A stretch of DNA of 51,406 bases from the NCBI GenBank assembly GCA_946643435.1, contig CAMPCD010000005.1, positions 1-51,406 of the forward strand. Direction: 5' to 3'. The notes below the pieces were generated by a model. It searched no databases and had not been told where the DNA came from. It saw nothing but the letters and a program-made list of their open reading frames with translations. The translations under genes were made by a program, and so were the position numbers. Of the stretch, positions 33,368 through 42,466 are shown in pieces (position 1 is the stretch's first letter; every line of letters begins with the position of its first letter). The DNA comes from an uncultured bacterium (GTDB taxonomy: Bacteria > Bacillota_I > Bacilli_A > RF39 > UBA660).

Positions 33368-35308
33368 TTACTGTTTTTTTAAGGCATAATAGACTTTTTC
33401 AACTATTTGTGATTTATTAAAAGGTTTTGCTATATAATCTATAAAGCCTTCTAATAAGTACTTTTCTTTTGCACCTACAATTGCATCTGCAGTTAATGCG
33501 ATTGTTGGAATTTTAAAATTACTATTTTCTTTTAATTTGGATAATGTGCTTTCTCCACTTAAGTTTGGCATCATTATATCCAGTAGCAATAAATCGTATT
33601 CATCACCAGTCTTAATTTTATCAAGACATTCATATCCACTTTTACATGAATCAATAATGAAACCGAAATCTTTTAGTGCCTGCATAGTAACTTTAATATT
33701 CAATTGATTATCGTCTACAATAAGTATCTTCTTTCCTTCAAATATACTTACATCAATTCCATCTTTATTAGCATTGTCATAATTTTTAAATACTTCTTCA
33801 CTATCATGTAGTTCTTTATCAGTAATTTCAGATGATTTTGTAACCACTATCTCACTACTATCAGAAGATTCACTAACATCTAGCATTAAGCTGATTTTCT
33901 GTGGTATTTGTACAATGAATACTGATCCTTTTCCTAATTGAGATTGAACATTGATATTTCCACCCATAAGTTCAATTAATCCTTTAGTGATGGCAAGACC
34001 AAGTCCAGCACCATCAGTACTATCAGTTGGTTCGTCATCAAGTTTCTCAAATTTTGTAAATAATTTATTCATATTTTCGACTGCTATACCTCTTCCAGTA
34101 TCAGCAACACGTATGATCAAATCACAAATATTATCCCTTTTAATACATTTTGCAGTTAAACTAACTTCGCCTTCATCTGTATAATTAATTGCATTAGATA
34201 ACAAATTATTTATTATTGTTTTTATATGTTCCTTATCACCAATAAGTTCAAATGGTATATCCGGAGCTATACTAGATACAATTTTAATATTTTTATTACC
34301 TATTTTATTAGTTGCCACGCTTATAAGTTCATCTACTACTTTACTAAAATTATATTTAACATTTGTTACAACCATTTGCTTAGTTTCAATTTTATTTATA
34401 TCAAGAATATTTCCTACTATTCCTTGCATAGTTTTAGAAGCTGATAGTATGTAATTAACATCTTCTAGTACTTCTTTATTATTATGATCTATTATTTGTT
34501 GCAAATCTTCGCTAAAGCCAATTATTGTATTTAATGGAGTTCTTATTTCACGAGACATACTAGTAATAAAATCTGATTTAGATCTACTAGCTCTCTCAGC
34601 ATCATTTTTCATTATTTCCATTTTTTTAACCATTTTAATATCTGGATTTTCAACAAATATATAAATAATTAAAGTAATTAATGATAATACATTAGAATTT
34701 AAATTAATTAAAGGATCATTCTTTTTTAATATCACTAATAAAGCTAATAATACAATTAGAATTATAATTGGAATATACTTACTAGAATCCATCTTTTTTA
34801 TATTCATTAAAATTGCAATAATCATAAAAAGTATTGATACTGCAATACCTATTAATAATGCATATAAAGATAATCCATATGGGTATAAAAATAATGTAGT
34901 TTTATCAAAATATATTTCCATAGGTAGAACTATTATTGCTATTACTATAGCAATTTCTATTAAAGCGCAAATAACTTTAAAGATTCTATTCATTTTATTC
35001 TTTTCATCAATAGACGATATAGTACTTTCATAATGGTATAAAACAAAAAACCAACCAATATATGTAACAAACAAGAATTTATTAATTATTTCATATAACA
35101 ACCTATTTGTTTCAATATCTATAAAATGAGTAATAAAAAACATTAAAAAAGTTGTAATAGATTCGCAGAAACCAATAAGTATAAGCTTTGAAAAGATATC
35201 AGTTTGCTTATCATTAGTATTTTTTTTGAAAAAGAATATAGTTAATATCACAACCATAACTGTTAACGAGCATAATGGAAAAAACAAGTTAGTAAAATTC
35301 GATAACAT
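33368..35308 (-). CDS. Hybrid sensor histidine kinase (~7 TM, HisKA, HATPase, REC) with Arg replacing the phospho-His
   Basis: H-box SMSREIRTPLN, NLLSNA, DTGRG, GAGLGL, C-terminal REC ILIVDD...LLDIMMP...AKPF. Confidence 0.9.
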   Translation of the reverse strand: MLSNFTNLFFPLCSLTVMVVILTIFFFKKNTNDKQTDIFSKLILIGFCESITTFLMFFITHFIDIETNRLLYEIINKFLFVTYIGWFFVLYHYESTISSIDEKNKMNRIFKVICALIEIAIVIAIIVLPMEIYFDKTTLFLYPYGLSLYALLIGIAVSILFMIIAILMNIKKMDSSKYIPIIILIVLLALLVILKKNDPLINLNSNVLSLITLIIYIFVENPDIKMVKKMEIMKNDAERASRSKSDFITSMSREIRTPLNTIIGFSEDLQQIIDHNNKEVLEDVNYILSASKTMQGIVGNILDINKIETKQMVVTNVKYNFSKVVDELISVATNKIGNKNIKIVSSIAPDIPFELIGDKEHIKTIINNLLSNAINYTDEGEVSLTAKCIKRDNICDLIIRVADTGRGIAVENMNKLFTKFEKLDDEPTDSTDGAGLGLAITKGLIELMGGNINVQSQLGKGSVFIVQIPQKISLMLDVSESSDSSEIVVTKSSEITDKELHDSEEVFKNYDNANKDGIDVSIFEGKKILIVDDNQLNIKVTMQALKDFGFIIDSCKSGYECLDKIKTGDEYDLLLLDIMMPNLSGESTLSKLKENSNFKIPTIALTADAIVGAKEKYLLEGFIDYIAKPFNKSQIVEKVYYALKKQ

Positions 35309-35411
35309 ATAATTAACACCTCAACATTAATCATTATAACAAAAGTAGGTATAAAAATATACCTACTATTTATCCAACACAATATATTTACATATTAAAG
35401 TGTCCATATAA

Positions 35412-35921
35412 TTATTTTACAAATGCAGTAATTGGTCCTCTTTCATTTTTATATTCATCAACTACATGATATCCATTCTTTAAGATATTACGTATCGAAT
35501 AAATATTATTTGAGTGAGCTTTAGTAAACATGTGTGTTTTACCTATGCTTTCTACATATTTATCTAATACTTCTAACATAGCTGTTTGTAAGCCATTTCC
35601 TACATATTCTTTTCTTACCATGATTGGTCCTAGACTACCAGTTATAGATTCATCATATTCAACATTATGTTTTCTTAATGATTTATTAGATGTAGGTATA
35701 TAGAATACTGAACATACAGGTGTTTCATGATCATAATACATCCATATCTTACCACCTATACCAAGTATTTCTTTAATCTCATCTAAAGTAAATGTACCTA
35801 ACCATTCAGGATGTTCCATATTATCTCTTACATATTTATATAGATATAAATATTCATCTAAATCTACATTTTCACTTACTTCTCTTAATTCACTTAGTTT
35901 CATATCTATCACCAGTTTCAT
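35412..35921 (-). CDS. GNAT-family N-acetyltransferase
   Basis: VRKEYVGNGLQ motif A; NIYSIRNILKNGY motif B. Confidence 0.8.
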   Translation of the reverse strand: MKLVIDMKLSELREVSENVDLDEYLYLYKYVRDNMEHPEWLGTFTLDEIKEILGIGGKIWMYYDHETPVCSVFYIPTSNKSLRKHNVEYDESITGSLGPIMVRKEYVGNGLQTAMLEVLDKYVESIGKTHMFTKAHSNNIYSIRNILKNGYHVVDEYKNERGPITAFVK

Positions 35922-35959
35922 TATAACATAATTATATAATAAAAAAAGATGTAAAAATA

Positions 35960-36706
35960 TTACATCTTTTTTGTTAATCTAGGATCATTAGGATAGTTTA
36001 TAAATGCATCAATAGTGGAACAAGTTTGAACTGGATTTTGACAATAAGCAAAATGGTTTCCATTTTGTTCAATAAGTGCTACGTCTACTCCTGCTTTTTG
36101 CATATCATCAATAGCTTTTGCAGTTAGTTTTGGATCTACAGCTTCATCTAATTTACCAGATAAAAATATTGTCGGTACTTCTATTTTCTTTGCATCTTCT
36201 AGTAAATCTTCATTTACTACTTTTACCATAGTTTGTCTCATTACAGGAGAAGCATTATTATAATCTGCTGATCCCCATTTTTTTCTGAAGTATTCACCAA
36301 ATGGTGTTTTCTTAACTATTTTATATATTTTTTCTTTAGGTTTATTATGCTTAGCTCTTATAATTGGTGATGCTAATAATACAACCTTTCTTGTTGGATA
36401 TTTAACAGCATACTTAATTGCAACTCTTCCACCAAAAGAATGTCCAACTAAAACTGGATTTTCAACAGATAATAAATCTAATAATTTCTTTAACCAGTCA
36501 GCATATTCACCTACATTCATTGGTTCATCTGGTTCTTCAGATTTTCCGAAACCAGGGAAATCTAATAAAGTTACTCTCGCATTATGTAAATTCTGACTGA
36601 TAAAACTCATCATCTCAATATTTTGTCCCCAACCATGAAGTAGTACAACGTCTATGTTTCCTTGTCCATATTGTTCATAGTTTACTTTTTTCCCATTTAT
36701 ATTCAT
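35960..36706 (-). CDS. Alpha/beta hydrolase
   Basis: LLHGWG, DFPGFGKS, GHSFGG nucleophile elbow, C-terminal His. Confidence 0.9.
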   Translation of the reverse strand: MNINGKKVNYEQYGQGNIDVVLLHGWGQNIEMMSFISQNLHNARVTLLDFPGFGKSEEPDEPMNVGEYADWLKKLLDLLSVENPVLVGHSFGGRVAIKYAVKYPTRKVVLLASPIIRAKHNKPKEKIYKIVKKTPFGEYFRKKWGSADYNNASPVMRQTMVKVVNEDLLEDAKKIEVPTIFLSGKLDEAVDPKLTAKAIDDMQKAGVDVALIEQNGNHFAYCQNPVQTCSTIDAFINYPNDPRLTKKM

Positions 36707-36818
36707 AATTAACTCCTCAAGTTGCTATTATATTACAACATAGCAGTAGCATCCAATTATATACCGTAAAGCTATGTAAATTCAGTTATATATAAAAAAA
36801 GACTAGTTATCTAGTCTT

Positions 36819-37253
36819 TTATAATAATTGTATTAATCCATATGTAATAAATGGACTTGCATATATAGTTACATAAATCATTGTTATCCATGGTTGATAA
36901 TCTACATAGAATTCTTTAAATGTTAGAGACCATGGATGTTTAATTAATACCCATCCTATTAAATCAAATATAACAGTTATTGTTCCCCATATAAGAGATG
37001 TATATATTACATTTGAGAAAGTGATAGTATCTAAACCTTTAAAATATAAATATGCAAATATAGGAAATATAATTATATTATATAAAGGATGCCAAGGTTT
37101 AGTTTTCTCATATCCTTCACCCATGCCTTCACTTTCTTTCATTGATTTCATTTTTAATACTTTAATATTAAAAATAGTATGTAGTACTCCTATGTCTGTT
37201 ACAACAAAATATGCAATCCAAAACCATAGCATAGACATTCCAAAATGTTCCAT
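36819..37253 (-). CDS. Hypothetical membrane protein
   Basis: About 4 hydrophobic helices, RBS AGGAG, downstream terminator at about 36795-36820. Confidence 0.7.
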   Translation of the reverse strand: MEHFGMSMLWFWIAYFVVTDIGVLHTIFNIKVLKMKSMKESEGMGEGYEKTKPWHPLYNIIIFPIFAYLYFKGLDTITFSNVIYTSLIWGTITVIFDLIGWVLIKHPWSLTFKEFYVDYQPWITMIYVTIYASPFITYGLIQLL

Positions 37254-37289
37254 AATAAAACTCCTAACTATGTAAGTATATCATAATAA

Positions 37290-37811
37290 TTACTTGTTAA
37301 CAGTAATATTTTTATATACTTTAAAAACTTTTAACATCTCTTTAGCTATACCATGTTTATCTTCATATAATTCTACATTTCTTATGAATTCATTTTCTAC
37401 ATCATCTAATGGAATATATCTTAATTCAAAGTTACCTTCTTTTTCTGATTCAGTATATTTAGTATTAGCTAAATTAGGTTTTTCATCTGTTTTTATTTCA
37501 TAGTAATATATTTCAATCTTTCTATTCTTACCAACTGCTGGCCAATCTTTATAATAACCTAAAGTACAAGCAAAAGGTTCTGCTTCTTTAATATTTAATT
37601 CCATACCTGTTTCTTCTTGTATTTCTCTATTAATTGTATCGATTAGTTCTTCACCATCTTCTACATGTCCACCTGGACATTGATACTCATGATGAGAATA
37701 GCCTAATAGTATTTCATTTTTACTATTTATTAAAAGTACTTTAACTCTTTTAACAACTTCAGTCATATCTTCTTCTTTTAAGTTATAATCATTTGTTATT
37801 ATCTTTTCCAT
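37290..37811 (-). CDS. NUDIX hydrolase
   Basis: Nudix box GGHVEDGEELIDTINREIQEETG. Confidence 0.9.
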   Translation of the reverse strand: MEKIITNDYNLKEEDMTEVVKRVKVLLINSKNEILLGYSHHEYQCPGGHVEDGEELIDTINREIQEETGMELNIKEAEPFACTLGYYKDWPAVGKNRKIEIYYYEIKTDEKPNLANTKYTESEKEGNFELRYIPLDDVENEFIRNVELYEDKHGIAKEMLKVFKVYKNITVNK

Positions 37812-37828
37812 ATATATTATCCTTTTCT

Positions 37829-38518
37829 TTAACGTTTATGAGTAATAAATTCATTTACTCTTTTTTCTCTTAATCCTTTTAAGTAATTACCAAATTCTCC
37901 ATGTAACACTTTAGTTTTATCACTTGCAGGGCATTTAGCTACTCTTCTTAATTCTCCACCAGATCTTTCATATTTTTTATAACTAGTATGAGTTATATCA
38001 AATACTTCAAATGCATTATAAGGATTAAAAGTATAATCTACTATTTCCTTTATTTCAGGATTAACATCAAATGATATATTTTCTTCTTTCATTTGCTTAT
38101 ACTTTTTAAGTTTATCTAATATACTTGCAAAGTATATTTCGCTTTCATCTTTTACATGTGCAGGCACATAAAAAGTAATTGTTCTTCCTGTATAAATACT
38201 TGATTCAATAGTAGCTGTTATTCCTTTTTCACTTGAAGGAATTGATGCTAAGAAATAAGCAAAATCTTCTTCATCATAATCTCTATCAAAGCTAAATGTA
38301 ATATAACCTGTTTCAACTAATCTTAATATTACATCTCTATTTTCAGGATGACCTTTGCAAGATGCATATGTAACTATTTCATTTTCTATACAATACTTAA
38401 TTAATTCAGTTAAAGCAGGTGAACCTTCACCAAAGATAGTTGCAAACTTATCAGCTTCTTCTACAGGTATTTTATCTTTATATGGTTTACCAAATTTATA
38501 GTTTTCTATTTCTTCCAT
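37829..38518 (-). CDS. Hypothetical protein
   Basis: 229-aa ORF with RBS AAGGTG; conspicuous TYASCKGH motif; no confident family. Confidence 0.7.
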   Translation of the reverse strand: MEEIENYKFGKPYKDKIPVEEADKFATIFGEGSPALTELIKYCIENEIVTYASCKGHPENRDVILRLVETGYITFSFDRDYDEEDFAYFLASIPSSEKGITATIESSIYTGRTITFYVPAHVKDESEIYFASILDKLKKYKQMKEENISFDVNPEIKEIVDYTFNPYNAFEVFDITHTSYKKYERSGGELRRVAKCPASDKTKVLHGEFGNYLKGLREKRVNEFITHKR

Positions 38519-38579
38519 ACTATCACCTTACGCTTTTATTATAACATAAGAATAATAAAAAACTAGGATGACTCCTAGT

Positions 38580-39050
38580 TTATAATTCATTTATAATAAT
38601 AGTTTTAAATTCATTAGAATCAATAATGTCTTTAAGTGCATTTGGTAATACATTATTTTCTTCTAATGTATTTTTATTAATCCATTGATAATAATTAGTT
38701 TCAGAATCTAAATTATCAGATACATTATCAAATCTTGTATCATCATTAGATAATGTTAATTTATATATAAAGAATAATTCATGGTATCTCTTATTATCAA
38801 GTTTAAAGAAACTTTGAATTAATCCTTTACCTACTATTTCAGATTCTTCTATATCAACACCCATCTCTTCTTTTATTTCTCTTTTCATGGCTTGACTAGT
38901 ACTTTCTAAAGTTTTAACTCTACCACCTGGTATTAAACTAAAATCTACTACACGAGAAGATTCAATTATTATTTGATTATTCTTTTCAATTATTAATCCT
39001 ACACGATAATTGAATTTAATATCATCAAACATTACAGATACATCTTTCAT
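38580..39050 (-). CDS. NUDIX hydrolase
   Basis: FNYRVG and GGRVKTLESTSQAMKREIKEEMG Nudix box. Confidence 0.88.
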   Translation of the reverse strand: MKDVSVMFDDIKFNYRVGLIIEKNNQIIIESSRVVDFSLIPGGRVKTLESTSQAMKREIKEEMGVDIEESEIVGKGLIQSFFKLDNKRYHELFFIYKLTLSNDDTRFDNVSDNLDSETNYYQWINKNTLEENNVLPNALKDIIDSNEFKTIIINEL

Positions 39051-39064
39051 ACTTATTCTCCAAT

Positions 39065-39550
39065 CTAATTATTATTAAATATGAATACATCTTCTACACC
39101 ATCATTTTTAGTTGTGTAGTTTCCATTTGTATATTCATTAATGATACTCTTCCAAAAAGAATATGCTATTGGATTGTTCTCCATTGGTTGAACTTCCCAA
39201 TCACCTTTAAATAACTCAAATATATCATAGGCAACTTTCTTACCTATATGATTTCTTCTATACTTAGGTAATATTAAAAATTCTGATATACACTTACCTT
39301 CTTTATTGAATTTAAGATTTTCATTAACCATGGCCATACCTAAATAATCTTCACCATTCTTTATAAAATATGCATCCCTATCATCATCAGTAAAATAATT
39401 ATCAAACCAACCATAATCAAATAAACAATCTTGATTTAAAGTATTATCTATATATTGAGATCCATCATATAAAGCAAATTGAAGTAATCTATATAATTTG
39501 TCTTTATCTTCTAATTGTACTTTAACTATTTCATATTTCATTTTTATCAC
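39065..39550 (-). CDS. GNAT-family N-acetyltransferase
   Basis: EFLILPKYRRNHIGK motif A; NPIAYSFW. Confidence 0.85.
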   Translation of the reverse strand: MIKMKYEIVKVQLEDKDKLYRLLQFALYDGSQYIDNTLNQDCLFDYGWFDNYFTDDDRDAYFIKNGEDYLGMAMVNENLKFNKEGKCISEFLILPKYRRNHIGKKVAYDIFELFKGDWEVQPMENNPIAYSFWKSIINEYTNGNYTTKNDGVEDVFIFNNN

Positions 39551-39551
39551 C

Positions 39552-40109
39552 TTATTTCTTTGTTTCTAAATACTTAGCTAATTCTTTATAGGCATCTTGA
39601 CTCCAAAAACTCCATTTTTTATTATCTTCAAAACAAGCTAATGGTTCTTCTTCTCCTTCGGGAATAAATACATAATCCCAACTCCAACCATTTGTACCAG
39701 ATTTTTTTGTATCTATTCTACCTTTTGTTAATCCTACAAATACAACTGGTTCTTCTCCTGGTTCACAATAAGCAATTGATTCTTTAAAATATGCTGTTCT
39801 ATCTTCTAGACCTTCCATTAATTTTAATAAACCATCAACATCAATTGTTTCTTCAGCATATTTAGTATATACTCCAGGAAAACCTTTTAAACCATTTACA
39901 AATAAACCTGAATCATTTTTTAATACAGGTTTATTTAGTTTTTCGGAAGCCCATTTAGCAGAATACTTAGATACTTCTTCTACATCATTTGCTTGTATTT
40001 CAGGAGTTTCCATTTTGATATTATCGATTTCAAATCCTAATGGAGTAAGAGCATTTTTAGCACTTTCTATTTTAGCAATATTACCTGTTACATATGTTAT
40101 AGTTTTCAT
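39552..40109 (-). CDS. Ham1/ITPase-family non-canonical purine NTP pyrophosphatase (divergent)
   Basis: YVTGNIAK, PEIQ, NDSGL, LKGFPGVYTK, GWSWDYVFIPEG. Confidence 0.85.
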   Translation of the reverse strand: MKTITYVTGNIAKIESAKNALTPLGFEIDNIKMETPEIQANDVEEVSKYSAKWASEKLNKPVLKNDSGLFVNGLKGFPGVYTKYAEETIDVDGLLKLMEGLEDRTAYFKESIAYCEPGEEPVVFVGLTKGRIDTKKSGTNGWSWDYVFIPEGEEEPLACFEDNKKWSFWSQDAYKELAKYLETKK

Positions 40110-40119
40110 GTAACCTCCT

Positions 40120-40602
40120 TTAAATCTTTTTTATAGTTGTTACCATTCTAGCATGATAACCTTGTTTGTAATAAAATTTTAATGCAGAGTCATTATAACC
40201 AAATACATCAATTATAATATATTCACATCCTATACTTTTAAAGTATTCTTCCATCTTCTTCATTAATTGTTGTCCTACTCCTGTACTTCTAATATTCTTA
40301 GATACAACTAATTCAGTAACTTCTCCTCTTTTAGGACATTTATAATCTAGATAATCATATTCATCATATGGAGGAATAGTACCCATGATAACACCTACAG
40401 CTTTATCATTTTCTACAGCTATATAACATTTACCATTTGTATTATTTACTTCTTCTAAATCTTTAATAGCCATCTTATCACGATAGTCAGGATGTAATTG
40501 ATCTAAATGATCTTCATCGATACTTAGAATGTATTCTTCTAATTCTACAAGTAAGTCTTTAACATCTTCTAAATACTTATCTTCATATTCAATTATCTTC
40601 AT
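40120..40602 (-). CDS. GNAT-family N-acetyltransferase
   Basis: ELVVSKNIRSTGVGQQL; NDSALKFYYKQGY. Confidence 0.88.
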   Translation of the reverse strand: MKIIEYEDKYLEDVKDLLVELEEYILSIDEDHLDQLHPDYRDKMAIKDLEEVNNTNGKCYIAVENDKAVGVIMGTIPPYDEYDYLDYKCPKRGEVTELVVSKNIRSTGVGQQLMKKMEEYFKSIGCEYIIIDVFGYNDSALKFYYKQGYHARMVTTIKKI

Positions 40603-40661
40603 ATAATCACCAATTAGATTATAACAAAAAAGACTAACAGTAAGTAGTCTTTTTTAATTAT

Positions 40662-41087
40662 TTATTTAAGCTTCCAAGTTCTTTGATCATATAACTTAAA
40701 ATCACTATTATCGGTCATTTTAACATTATTATCTTTTATATATTTATCTAATTCTTCTTTTGACATATATGTTGTAGAAACAATACTACCATCTTTTGAA
40801 GACATAATATAATAACCTACACCTGATATAAATGGAATATTATCATATATATATAAAGCATCTGACATTAACCATGTTCTATCACTATATTTTTTATATG
40901 TATCTTTATTATAATTTCTTTCTATTGCTTCAATTAATAATGTTAAATCTCCACCATCATAATATTTATCTTTATAATTTTTAAAATCCAAATAAATATC
41001 ATCTCTAGTATTATATTCACATTCATAACTTATGAAATAATTATAATCTTTAAGTTTTATTCTTCTATTAATTATCATAGTAATCAC
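40662..41087 (-). CDS. Hypothetical protein
   Basis: 141-aa Tyr-rich ORF with own promoter and terminator; no motif. Confidence 0.6.
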   Translation of the reverse strand: MITMIINRRIKLKDYNYFISYECEYNTRDDIYLDFKNYKDKYYDGGDLTLLIEAIERNYNKDTYKKYSDRTWLMSDALYIYDNIPFISGVGYYIMSSKDGSIVSTTYMSKEELDKYIKDNNVKMTDNSDFKLYDQRTWKLK

Positions 41088-41136
41088 CTACTTGTATTAT
41101 AGCATAAAAAAGACTAGATTATTTTCATCTTAATGT

Positions 41137-41158
41137 ACATAACATCTTAATCTTTCGA
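41137..41158 (-). repeat. 22-bp quasi-palindromic site, copy A
   Basis: TCGAAAGA-TTAAGA-TGTTATGT, abutting the 41160 stop codon. Confidence 0.7.
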
Positions 41159-41159
41159 A

Positions 41160-41675
41160 CTATTTCATTATTTTTCTTTTTTGAAGAGGTAAAATCTCAG
41201 TTTGTTCATTTACTCCAATCTTATTTGCTAATTCTACTGAATTAATCAATAAATCTTCTAAATTATTAAATGGTTCTATATTCATATCAGTTTTATATAG
41301 CCAATCTAAGTATTTAATTTTCTTAGCTTCATCTGGTCTTCCATATAAAACCTTTCCAGTATGTAACCAATATCCAAACTCGACATTAGTTGTAAAAGCA
41401 GGCATATCAGGTAAAAATCTAGGGATCCAAAATGCAATAACTGATGAATTTGCTAAAGCATCTCTTTCCCATTGTGCTTGATCAACATAATCAGTTTTTG
41501 GTTTCCAAGAAGAATATTCTGGAACATATACTATCCCATCAAATCCATATTGTTCAATTATCTGACAAGCCTTTGTTCTCCACGATTCAACATTTTCACC
41601 TCTTGGAGTTGGTCCTGCTAAAAATATAGATTTTTTATTTTTTATTACTTCTTGATCTGAATAATTAATAATCAT
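41160..41675 (-). CDS. Nucleoside 2-deoxyribosyltransferase-like protein
   Basis: SIFLAGPTPR, SWR, QAQWER, FWIPR, TTNVEFG motifs. Confidence 0.75.
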   Translation of the reverse strand: MIINYSDQEVIKNKKSIFLAGPTPRGENVESWRTKACQIIEQYGFDGIVYVPEYSSWKPKTDYVDQAQWERDALANSSVIAFWIPRFLPDMPAFTTNVEFGYWLHTGKVLYGRPDEAKKIKYLDWLYKTDMNIEPFNNLEDLLINSVELANKIGVNEQTEILPLQKRKIMK

Positions 41676-41773
41676 AAGTCAATCACCTATACTCATTATA
41701 ACATATATATTCCATTTTAAATTATATCGCAAGATTACTAAAAAAAGATGAGAATACTACTCATCTTAATGTA

Positions 41774-41795
41774 TGGGAATATCTTAATCTTACGA
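41774..41795 (-). repeat. 22-bp quasi-palindromic site, copy B
   Basis: TCGTAAGA-TTAAGA-TATTCCCA. Confidence 0.7.
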
Positions 41796-41830
41796 ATATT
41801 TTATTTTAAAAAAATAATAAAGTATTTTTA

Positions 41831-42332
41831 TTACATATTATTTAATACACCTTGTATAAAATCATTTTTTGATTGTGTATATAGTTTTCTATTATCAGCA
41901 TATTTTTTAATAATCCTAATTTTAAATTTTCATATTCTTTTACTATATCAGGATTTTTATTAAGGATATCTCTAAACTTAATTAAATTTTTATATCTTTT
42001 ACTATTCTTTTCTAATATATGGATTAAGAAGAAAGTTTCTACATCATTCTCTTTTATTAATAAAATTTCATCAGAATCATTATTGTATTTTACTGTATAC
42101 ATAGACTTTAATGTATCTACATATTTATCTATTTGATCTAAGTTACTAACTCCAATAGCTATATCTACTATTGGTTTTGCTGCAAGACCTTTAATAGATG
42201 TTGATCCCACATGTTCATATATAAAATTTTCATCTTTAAATATATTAATTAAAATTTCTTTTTCATCTTCATACATTTTTTCCATAATTCATAATTATTT
42301 TCTAAACATACTTTTCCATTGATTAAGCCCAT
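41831..42332 (-). pseudogene. GrpB-family nucleotidyltransferase-fold protein with two apparent single-base frameshifts
   Basis: EHVGSTSIKGLAAKPIVDI, KFRDIL, YENLK motifs. True start (MGLINGKV, RBS GAGGAG) and true end (YADNRKLYTQSKNDFI) lie in other frames, across A6 runs at about 42276-42281 and 41903-41908. Confidence 0.8.
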
Positions 42333-42380
42333 AATATCTCCTCAACATAATTATATCATGTATTTCTATAATTCAGATAA

Positions 42381-42402
42381 TCGTAATATTAATATTTCAC
42401 GA
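42381..42402 (+). repeat. 22-bp quasi-palindromic site, copy C (inverted)
   Basis: TCGTAATA-TTAATA-TTTCACGA. Confidence 0.55.
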
Positions 42403-42466
42403 ACAAAAAAGACTAGTTTAAGAAGTGAATTCCAAATGGTTCACAAAAATACTAGTCTATTAATAA

